In this document: positions 56,549-64,000 of the stretch, piece after piece
Layout: every line of letters begins with the position of its first letter
Numbering within the stretch: the stretch's first letter is position 1
NCBI GenBank assembly: GCA_018819225.1
Contig: JAHJQN010000008.1
Coordinates: 96,001-160,000 of the forward strand
Reading direction: 5' to 3'
Origin: Candidatus Micrarchaeota archaeon
Lineage (GTDB): Archaea > Micrarchaeota > Micrarchaeia > Norongarragalinales > SBBD01
DNA: 64,000 bases
Position numbers and translations under genes: made by a program
The notes under the pieces: generated by a model
What the model saw: the letters and a program-made list of their open reading frames with translations, nothing else
Database searches by the model: none
Told to the model about the DNA's origin: nothing

Positions 56549-57043
56549 TTACGGTGTTGATGTTGAGAGTCCGCATGCATCTTCGCAGGTTGCTGTAGAA
56601 TCCGCGGCTGTTCTTCCAAGAGAAATGCAATAAAAGGGTGGGGATTGACGCGATTCATCTCCGCAAACCACGACATAGATGTCTAATGTTTGTTCCACGA
56701 CAATTTTGTTTGCAGTAACTGCAAGAGCGGTTGTGGGAACGCTTGTATGAGCAGAGAATTGGACATCAGATTCTGTTACCGGAATTTCTTGAATGACTTC
56801 CTTCATGTAGATGGTATTGCCTTCAGAAAACGTTACTTTTTGGGGTGAGGAAATTCCGAATCCTTTTGCTTGAACATTCTTTAAGCCGGATGACATCGAG
56901 TCCTTGGGATCCGAGGGGTTGAAGATCTTAACAATGTTCAAGATGTTCAACAGCACGGCGAGAATGGCGAGTGCGACGATGACGCTGATGACGAGCATCA
57001 TGGTTTCGAACGCTTGTCCTCTTCGGGCTTTCAGGTACTTCAT
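56549..57043 (-). CDS. Type IV pilin-like protein
   Basis: KARRG/QAFETMMLVISVIVALAIL class III signal; GGAGGTG RBS. Confidence 0.8.
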   Translation of the reverse strand: MKYLKARRGQAFETMMLVISVIVALAILAVLLNILNIVKIFNPSDPKDSMSSGLKNVQAKGFGISSPQKVTFSEGNTIYMKEVIQEIPVTESDVQFSAHTSVPTTALAVTANKIVVEQTLDIYVVVCGDESRQSPPFYCISLGRTAADSTATCEDACGLSTSTP

Positions 57044-57237
57044 ACGGATACGCACCTCCTGTGAAATGCAACGAATGCTTGAAGTTAAAGACCTTATAAA
57101 ACTTATCGTTCCCGCTATTATGCCGCAGCAACTCAGGGGCGCCTTCAAGGGGGAGAACCCCCGTATGCGAGCCGCCTTAACCCCCCGAATAAGGCGGTTT
57201 AAAAAACAATATCGCCAAAATCATTCCGCTTGCTTAT

Positions 57238-57311
57238 GCCGCAGTAGCTCAGCCTGGGAGAGCGTTCGGCTGAAGACCGATGTGTCGCCGGTTCAAATCC
57301 GGCCTGCGGCA
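57238..57311 (+). tRNA. tRNA-Phe(GAA)
   Basis: Acceptor GCCGCAG/CTGCGGC, anticodon loop CTGAAGA, GGTTCAAATCC. Confidence 0.95.
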
Positions 57312-57340
57312 CTCCCCATAACATCTCAATGCCGCGATTC

Positions 57341-57658
57341 TTACTTGGAGATTGATTTATCCAAAGGTTTTTCTCTACGAAGGAATTCGGCCACTTCTCT
57401 TGCCCATCCTCCAGGAATAACCATCTGGGTGTGTGGTTGAGTTATTCCACCCCGACTTCCATGGGCAACAACAATTCCTTTACCCATAAGTTCCGAAAGG
57501 GCATCCCGATTCGCTATTGGTTTTTGCCCATGCCCGCCCACTAAGTTACTATAGACTACGATTCCTGGGCGTGCAAAAAGTTCATGCAGTATGGCTAAAT
57601 GGTCCGCTCGCAATTTGGGATTCAATCCTCCACGTTTATACATTTCTTCAATAGGCAT
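57341..57658 (-). CDS. Hypothetical orphan protein (AT-richer region)
   Basis: AAGGAG RBS; different codon usage; adjacent to tRNA-Phe. Confidence 0.55.
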   Translation of the reverse strand: MPIEEMYKRGGLNPKLRADHLAILHELFARPGIVVYSNLVGGHGQKPIANRDALSELMGKGIVVAHGSRGGITQPHTQMVIPGGWAREVAEFLRREKPLDKSISK

Positions 57659-57829
57659 GTAAATCTCCTTTCAACAATTGAAAATCTATAAAGATAGAAA
57701 TAATAAACTAGAATATTTAAGGTGTGGCTTTCAGTGGTTTCTTTCGGTTCGGACCGGCTGAGAAAAAACATTGAAAAGAATAATTTAATATAGTCAATTC
57801 AACCTGAAGCCCTTGAAAGGTGATCTGAA

Positions 57830-58051
57830 ATGAAAAAGAAAAAGAACATGTTTAATGAAGAGTGGACGGGTTGCGGGTCATGGAAGCACGGCGGGAGCGG
57901 AAATGCGGTATACGGGCTCGGTTTCCTGGGAGCTGCGTTTTATTACTTGACGACGGCAACCGATTTTTGGATGGGAGTCATTGGTTTACTGAAAGCCATT
58001 TTGTGGCCTGCGGTCCTCGTATTTGAAGTGTTACGATTTCTAGGCGTGTAA
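57830..58051 (+). CDS. Small membrane protein
   Basis: AGGTGA RBS; VYGLGFLGAAFYY...GLLKAILWPA. Confidence 0.7.
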   Translation: MKKKKNMFNEEWTGCGSWKHGGSGNAVYGLGFLGAAFYYLTTATDFWMGVIGLLKAILWPAVLVFEVLRFLGV

Positions 58052-58070
58052 ACCCCATCCCCAAACGAGC

Positions 58071-58415
58071 TTACGGGCGGGCATTGGAAGACTCGGTCAA
58101 CTCCATTAAAACGCCCGGAATGTCAATGCCAAAAAGCTTCAAGAACTCGTACACGAATTGCTTGAAAATAAGGTAAAATAGAAGAAATACCAGGATGACG
58201 AGAATGCGGCGGCTCCAAGGTGACATACGGCGAACGAAAGCAAACCGCTGCACTAGAAAACCGTCTACTTTTCTATAAAAGGGACCGCGTAACACGAGCA
58301 GAACGAGAAACATGAAGCCAATGATTACAACGTATTGCAGTGGAAGCCCCAAGGAATAGAAAACAAGAAGTAATACTGATGCAAGAAGTAAGCGAACCCC
58401 ATCCATTCGATCCAT
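58071..58415 (-). CDS. Hypothetical membrane protein
   Basis: Three hydrophobic segments. Confidence 0.55.
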   Translation of the reverse strand: MDRMDGVRLLLASVLLLVFYSLGLPLQYVVIIGFMFLVLLVLRGPFYRKVDGFLVQRFAFVRRMSPWSRRILVILVFLLFYLIFKQFVYEFLKLFGIDIPGVLMELTESSNARP

Positions 58416-58485
58416 GGAAAAAAGCCTCATTCCAAGAAGGAGTAAAGCGTTTACATTAATAAATCCGAATTGCATTAGAAAAGTA

Positions 58486-59325
58486 ATGAACAAAAAAAAG
58501 GGCCTCTGGGGGGTGGGAATCCTCCTATTCTTTGTTATTATGCCCATACTTTTTGGTTTCCGTATCTCAAAAGGCTTGATTCTATCTGGGGCGGTCATCG
58601 TTTCCGGTCTTGCGTTGTTTTACCATGGATTCCAAACGTATCGACGCGTGCGGCTCATCGAAAACATTCCGACCTCCGATATTCGTTCGTTGGCCATGGG
58701 ATTGGTGGAAATCACGGGAAAAGCAGTACAAAAAGTCGATCTTAAAAGTCCGTTAATCGGTAAACCGTGCGTTTATTCACGCATTGAAATCCAAGAATTA
58801 AGACAACAAGGCAAGCACAGTAGTTGGGTCACGATTCATGAAAAAGAGCAGCGAGAAAACTTCTATGTAAGAGACGCAACGGGACAAGTCGAAATCGATC
58901 CGCGGGAAGCGCAGATAGAGATTCCGCCAGACCGTACCTGTTCGTTACCTGGAAAACAGTACCCTAAAGAAATCGAACAGTATTGCGAAAAAGAAAAAAT
59001 TCCCCTTCACAAACCGTTTTTCACCGTCGGACCGCTCCAACTCGGGGGAAACCCGTCTCGAAAATTGAACGAGTGGTTTATTGAAGCCGGTGATGCGGTT
59101 TACGTCATGGGAACCGCGGCTCAAAAGAATGGAGCGGAATCCGCCAAACAGGAGGATAGGATTATCATAACGAAGGGCATGCACCACCCGTTCTTCTACA
59201 TATCGGATAAAACGGAAAAGGAAACCATTAAAGGGCTGAAACGAAATTCATATTGGTTTATTGGGGGAGGCGCCGCGCTAGCAATAGTCGGTTTGGCCTT
59301 ATTACTCACTTTTGGAAGCGTATAG
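58486..59325 (+). CDS. GIDE-domain membrane protein
   Basis: LIENIPTS.IRSLAMGLVEITG, SPLIGKPCVY, FYVRDATG, GDAVYVMG, FFYISD. Confidence 0.8.
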   Translation: MNKKKGLWGVGILLFFVIMPILFGFRISKGLILSGAVIVSGLALFYHGFQTYRRVRLIENIPTSDIRSLAMGLVEITGKAVQKVDLKSPLIGKPCVYSRIEIQELRQQGKHSSWVTIHEKEQRENFYVRDATGQVEIDPREAQIEIPPDRTCSLPGKQYPKEIEQYCEKEKIPLHKPFFTVGPLQLGGNPSRKLNEWFIEAGDAVYVMGTAAQKNGAESAKQEDRIIITKGMHHPFFYISDKTEKETIKGLKRNSYWFIGGGAALAIVGLALLLTFGSV

Positions 59326-59339
59326 TCAGGTGAAAAGAA

Positions 59340-59909
59340 ATGGCCACAGGACTCGAAACCATTCTCGGTGCGGTCACGGCATTGATCGTCGTCTCCATCG
59401 TGCTGTGGATCATCATTATTTACAATGGACTCGTGATGCTCAAAAACAATATCCAGAAAGCGTGGGCGAATATTGACGTGTTGCTGAAACAACGCAGTTC
59501 GGAAGTGCCCAACCTGGTCAGCATCGTCAAGGGATACATGAAATACGAGAAAGAGGTTTTCACACGAATTACGGAAGCGCGAGCAGCAACCACTCAAGCA
59601 ACATCCATTCAAGAAAAGGCGCGAGCCAATGGAATGATGACGCAAGCATTGAAATCGTTATTTGCGGTAGCGGAAAATTATCCTAAATTAAAAGCCGGTG
59701 AAAACTTTCTCAAGCTTCAAAAACGCATTACGGAATTAGAGAACATGATAGCGGATCGACGAGAATTCTTCAATGACTCCGTGACGGCGTATAACATTCG
59801 AATACAGCAGATTCCGGATACGTTTATTGCGCGATTCCTGAAATATGAAAAAGAGACGCTCTTCGAAGCCATGGAAGAGGAAAAAAAGGTCGTTAAAACG
59901 GTTTTCTAA
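59340..59909 (+). CDS. lemA: LemA family protein
   Basis: YNGLV, AWANIDVLLKQR..VPNLV, AVAENYPKLKA, RREFFND. Confidence 0.95.
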   Translation: MATGLETILGAVTALIVVSIVLWIIIIYNGLVMLKNNIQKAWANIDVLLKQRSSEVPNLVSIVKGYMKYEKEVFTRITEARAATTQATSIQEKARANGMMTQALKSLFAVAENYPKLKAGENFLKLQKRITELENMIADRREFFNDSVTAYNIRIQQIPDTFIARFLKYEKETLFEAMEEEKKVVKTVF

Positions 59910-59971
59910 AGATGGTCTGCGTGAAAACAAAGCCATTCCATACGTTAATAACCCGGGTGCGCGTAGCCCCA

Positions 59972-60538
59972 ATGGTGTTCACTCAAACCAAAAGCATTCT
60001 TATAGTGCTTTTCGCATTGATGATCGCGGGCTGTACGCAACCCGTTCCCGACGAACCAGGAATACCGATTCCCACATTCCCTCCGGCAACGGAAATTCCG
60101 ACGTATATAGCGAGCGTGCTGCCTTCGTTTCAAGAAACGCCGACCCCCACGCCCGCCGTGCCAACTGATATTGCATTAACCAGCGTAACGGCATGCGAAC
60201 TGAAAACGAATCCGAACGATTATTTACGGAAAGCAGTTAAGGTGGACGGATTCCTCCTATTCATTGGAGAAAGCATTCGAAGCGGTATTGGCAACTTTTA
60301 TATCGAAAAGGACGGATGTCGTGCGGTCATCGTGAGCTGGGAATCCGTCATCGTCCAACAATGCGCGTCATTTGATGAAGCGTGCGATCCCCTGGAAACC
60401 ATGCAGGACTATCTGTACAATCGAGTGCAATTAACGGGTACATTTACGGTGTTCAACAAAGAGGAACAAAAAGCGTATGGAGAACCCTATGGAATCAGTG
60501 AAATAATGGAAGTGGAAGTCATCGGGGAAGGCTCGTAA
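59972..60538 (+). CDS. Putative lipoprotein with OB-fold-like domain
   Basis: LMIAGC lipobox, P/T linker, NPNDY..KAVKVDG. Confidence 0.6.
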   Translation: MVFTQTKSILIVLFALMIAGCTQPVPDEPGIPIPTFPPATEIPTYIASVLPSFQETPTPTPAVPTDIALTSVTACELKTNPNDYLRKAVKVDGFLLFIGESIRSGIGNFYIEKDGCRAVIVSWESVIVQQCASFDEACDPLETMQDYLYNRVQLTGTFTVFNKEEQKAYGEPYGISEIMEVEVIGEGS

Positions 60539-60545
60539 ATACCCA

Positions 60546-61349
60546 TCAAGAACGATGAAACACGAGCAAATCCTTCTGCTTCAAATCGAATTTTTCCGAG
60601 AAACTCGCCTGATTAATGGCGAGTTCCACGCGGCCGTAATCATCCTTCAACAGAACCGGCGATCCAACGAAAACGTCTCCAAACGTCTTACGGAACGGAA
60701 TCTTGATGGGAAGCTGGCCGGGTTGCTCCATCAATAGGTAATCGCCTTCCTTCACACCCCACTCATCCAAAACGGATGCAAGGAGGTTTAAGTGAATGGA
60801 ACCGAATTGGTTGACGTGGAGAATCCGGCAAGAAAGGGTATTTCCCTCCGGTTTCGCTTCCGGAAACGGGCAAGGAACCAGTTGATCAAGAGAAACAGGA
60901 GCTCCGAGCTCGGAAATGGAAACGCCTTTCACAAGATGAGCGGCTGCCGGAGAAAAAACGTCGCGACCGTGAAAAATCGGGGAAACGGGCTGGCGCGCGT
61001 ATTGGAGATTATCAATAGAGACCGCGCGTTCGAATCCTTGGAAAAAACGTATGGCGCTCATGAGAACCCCGTTATCGGGGCCAACAAGAAAATCGCCGCG
61101 CTTCGTTTCAATCGCTATTCCTTTGCGCTTCGTACCGACCCCTGGATCCACCACGCAAACGTGCGCGCCCTTTGGAAGAAAACAAGCGGTTTCCATGGTG
61201 CGAGCTGCACTCCATAAATTATAGGAAGGCAATCCGTGCATCAAATCAATGATGCGCGCGTCAGGACAGATCTCGAGAATCGAGCCCTTCATGGCGGCAA
61301 TGCCTTGCGTCTGAACACCGAAATCGGAGGCGAGACTGACGAGTTTCAT
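60546..61349 (-). CDS. SAM hydrolase / chlorinase-fluorinase family (DUF62)
   Basis: SDFG, IDLMH, VVDPGVGT, GPDNG, FHGRDVF, ELAINQ. Confidence 0.92.
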   Translation of the reverse strand: MKLVSLASDFGVQTQGIAAMKGSILEICPDARIIDLMHGLPSYNLWSAARTMETACFLPKGAHVCVVDPGVGTKRKGIAIETKRGDFLVGPDNGVLMSAIRFFQGFERAVSIDNLQYARQPVSPIFHGRDVFSPAAAHLVKGVSISELGAPVSLDQLVPCPFPEAKPEGNTLSCRILHVNQFGSIHLNLLASVLDEWGVKEGDYLLMEQPGQLPIKIPFRKTFGDVFVGSPVLLKDDYGRVELAINQASFSEKFDLKQKDLLVFHRS

Positions 61350-61408
61350 GATCAAGTTGATAGAGGAGAATCATTAAAAGTGTATCTCGCGTTAGCCCAT
61401 CGGGATAT

Positions 61409-62611
61409 ATGAAGCATTGGGAAGTTTTCAAGTACTCGATAAAGAATTTGCGGCACCGCAATTTGAGGAGTTGGCTCACGATACTGGGAATCATTATCGG
61501 AATCGGAGCCATTGTCATTCTTATCTCGCTGGCGCAAGGCATTGACAAGGAAATCCGGTCTCAACTGGATCTCTTTGGATCGAATTACATTCAAGTGATT
61601 CCCGGCAGCATGGAAGGCATGACCAGCGGATCCTTCTCATTCAAGGGAGCGCTGTATGCCCGGGATGTCGATTCATTGAAAAGCGTGGCCGGAGTCAAAG
61701 GAGTATCCCCCATTCTGTTGCTCATGCTCGCGAATGTGCGGCATAAGGAGGGTACCGTCAAAATGACGGTCAGCGGAGTGGACCCGACGGTGATGAACGA
61801 TTTTCTGTACATGGGATTGGAAGACGGGCGGTACATGAAAGAAGGGGATGTGGAAGGCATTTTTATCGGGCACAAAATAGCACACGATATGTTTAAGGAT
61901 GACGTGAGAGTCGGCGACGTGCTCATGGTCAATGAAGAAAGCTTTCGCGTGCGCGGCATCATGAATGAAGCCGGTGATTTTACAGGGGATTTCGATAACG
62001 GAATCTACATTGATTCGCGGGCGGCACGCAACTTGTTAGGGGACGGATACGACCCGACACGCGTGTTCGCCATCATGATCGTAACCGAAGAAGGCAAGGA
62101 GGTGAGTGCCATCGCAAAAGAAGTCGACCGCGTGCTCATGAAATCGCATAAAGTCGGTGAAGACGAAAAAGATTATTCGGTCATTACGCCGGAAGCCACG
62201 GCGGAGCAAGTGGGAATGGTCACCGGACTGCTTTCATTATTTCTGGGAGGGATTGCCGCGATTTCGCTCATCGTCGGCGGGGTAGGAGTCGCGAACTCGA
62301 TGATTACGTCCGTGCTGGAACGAACGCGCGAAATCGGTACCTTGAAGGCGTTAGGGGCATCCAACCAGGCCATCCTGGAAGTGTTCATGATCGAAGCCGC
62401 GGTACTTGGATTCATTGGAGGCATCATGGGAATAGGATTCGCATTAACGGTTTCTTGGATTCTAGGCAATTTCGGGGTTCCGAGCGTGGTGACTCCGGAA
62501 CTGCTGGGATTCGCGCTGTTGTTCTCCATGGTTGTAGGCGTGATATCCGGATTCTTTCCCGCAAAAAATGCGAGCCGAATGGAAGCCGTGGACGCGCTGC
62601 GTTACGAATAG
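61409..62611 (+). CDS. ABC transporter permease (MacB/FtsX family)
   Basis: RSWLTILGIIIG, IAAISLIVGGVG, SVLERTREIGTLKALGA, PA..A. Confidence 0.93.
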   Translation: MKHWEVFKYSIKNLRHRNLRSWLTILGIIIGIGAIVILISLAQGIDKEIRSQLDLFGSNYIQVIPGSMEGMTSGSFSFKGALYARDVDSLKSVAGVKGVSPILLLMLANVRHKEGTVKMTVSGVDPTVMNDFLYMGLEDGRYMKEGDVEGIFIGHKIAHDMFKDDVRVGDVLMVNEESFRVRGIMNEAGDFTGDFDNGIYIDSRAARNLLGDGYDPTRVFAIMIVTEEGKEVSAIAKEVDRVLMKSHKVGEDEKDYSVITPEATAEQVGMVTGLLSLFLGGIAAISLIVGGVGVANSMITSVLERTREIGTLKALGASNQAILEVFMIEAAVLGFIGGIMGIGFALTVSWILGNFGVPSVVTPELLGFALLFSMVVGVISGFFPAKNASRMEAVDALRYE

Positions 62612-62820
62612 TTTCAACGCGATTTGCAGGGAACGTAAACGCACAAGCTTTTCGAGTTACCGCATTGACGACACATTTTATCCATGGTGACGCCGCACGT
62701 GTGACACGCCCCGGAATGGCTGGCCCTTCGCCCGCACCGAGAACACGCATAAACCGATTCCTTCAATGTTAACACCGTAAACTTCCATCCCTATCCGATA
62801 ATAATAACGTTTGGTACAAG

Positions 62821-63663
62821 CTACGTTCCGTGCAACGACAAGGCATGACGAACAATCGCGTCCGCGGGATTGATGCCCGTCGCGGAATACAATCCACGGA
62901 AATCCGGCATGGTGTTGACTTCAATCACGTTGAACCCTTCCTTTTTCGTTAACGCTATGTCGACTCCTGCAATTTCAAGCCCCAACACTTCAGCGGCTTT
63001 CACCGCCATTTTCTTGACGTCAGGAGGCAAATCGACTTTCTTGACCAAACCCCCCGTCGATACGTTGGTACGCCATTCTCCTAAAGGGGCTTGACGTAAC
63101 ACCGTGGCAAGAACTTTTCCGTCGAGAACGAATATTCGATAATCCTTACCGCCCGTATTCAAATATTCTTGCACGACAAACGGCTTGGGAACCGCATCTA
63201 AATAGGCCAGCTCCATCTCGAGATTCTTCATGAGATGAACGTCTTGACCATACGAACCGATCACTGGCTTCAACACGACCGGCGTCCCGATTTGGGCCAC
63301 GGCCTTCGAAGCCGATTCAAAGGAGTACACTAAAGAGGTCCGCGGAACCGGAATGCCTGCTTCCTTCAAACGAATCAATGATTCAAACTTGTTCCCCCCT
63401 AACTCGACACTCTTCGAGTTGTTGATCATGCGGATGCCCAAGTGCTCGAAATAGCGGCTGGAATAGATTTCGAAAGAGGAGGCGCGGGCCATGCGAAACA
63501 ATCCCACGGAAAACGAGAACGGCTTTTTCTCGATGTCCAACGAATGCTTTCGAATGTCCACGATTTCTGTGGAAACTCCGCTGTGCTCCGCTGCCTGTTG
63601 CAACGCACTCGTCTCCCACTTGTTGATGGTGATGCTGTCTACTACGATACCCAATTGCGCCAT
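62821..63663 (-). CDS. RimK/LysX family ATP-grasp ligase
   Basis: GIPVPRT, VLKPVIGSYG, VQEY, DYRIFV, WRTNV, IEVN. Confidence 0.9.
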   Translation of the reverse strand: MAQLGIVVDSITINKWETSALQQAAEHSGVSTEIVDIRKHSLDIEKKPFSFSVGLFRMARASSFEIYSSRYFEHLGIRMINNSKSVELGGNKFESLIRLKEAGIPVPRTSLVYSFESASKAVAQIGTPVVLKPVIGSYGQDVHLMKNLEMELAYLDAVPKPFVVQEYLNTGGKDYRIFVLDGKVLATVLRQAPLGEWRTNVSTGGLVKKVDLPPDVKKMAVKAAEVLGLEIAGVDIALTKKEGFNVIEVNTMPDFRGLYSATGINPADAIVRHALSLHGT

Positions 63664-63731
63664 GCTTGCCCCCTCTATTCTACAGGATAACCCCAAAATC
63701 TTTAATAAGCCAATTGGTCCGGAGCCGAAAG

Positions 63732-63804
63732 TGCGGCTGCCGGGATTTGAACCCGGGCCCTGAGATTGGCAACCTCATGTCCTACCAGGCTAGACTACAG
63801 CCGC
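63732..63804 (-). tRNA. tRNA-Gly(GCC)
   Basis: Acceptor GCGGCTG/CAGCCGC, anticodon arm TGAGG-TTGCCAA-TCTCA, GGTTCAAATCC. Confidence 0.95.
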
Positions 63805-64000
63805 TTAATACCGGAAGGTACGTTGAACATCAAAGAATAAAACCGTTTCTTTTGAAGGAGCTATTCTTCGCAAAGAAAAGGTCCCTGAGCCCACAGCCGC
63901 TTGAAAGAGTCAGTAAAAGGACGGAAAACGAATAGGGCGAAGAAGGATTATAAATCATTTCCTTCAAGCAGAGCGAGAAAGGGACGCCAGGCGATGAATT

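Noticed and set aside
60546-61349. True fluorinase or chlorinase
   Set aside because: FHGRD and the overall motifs fit the widespread DUF62 SAM hydrolase; no halometabolite cluster is nearby.
62612-62820. Possible small ORF or LysW-like carrier next to the ATP-grasp gene
   Set aside because: No Zn-ribbon or EDWGE-like terminus and no convincing start or structure.

Overview
Gene-dense archaeal chromosome segment. The compact layout, eS1/eS6/uL16, aEF-1beta, aIF5A, FEN-1, Nop5, LonB and a mix of bacterial-type metabolic genes suggest a DPANN lineage such as Micrarchaeota or Iainarchaeota; this assignment is inference. The window holds about 62 CDS, an RNase P RNA resembling type M, and three tRNAs. 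No CRISPR array, rRNA, integrase or transposase was seen. The main result is a LonB protease gene (47364-48449) that stops being Lon at the HDPFQ intein site, continues into a 119-aa N-terminal half-intein and terminates, with no C-intein or C-terminal Lon half in the window. This is a candidate naturally split, trans-splicing Lon protease. Other highlights are tandem fused guaA paralogs (one with a remodelled IKSHHN loop), three tandem beta-helix surface proteins (one with a PL1 pectate-lyase domain), a stalk-plus-anchor C-terminal module shared by two unrelated surface proteins, a tRNA-Gly with a bulge-helix-bulge intron in the T-loop, a highly structured element upstream of dnaG, and duplicated tRNA 5' ends about 100 nt upstream of two tRNA genes. 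All family calls come from motif recognition by eye; no searches were run.
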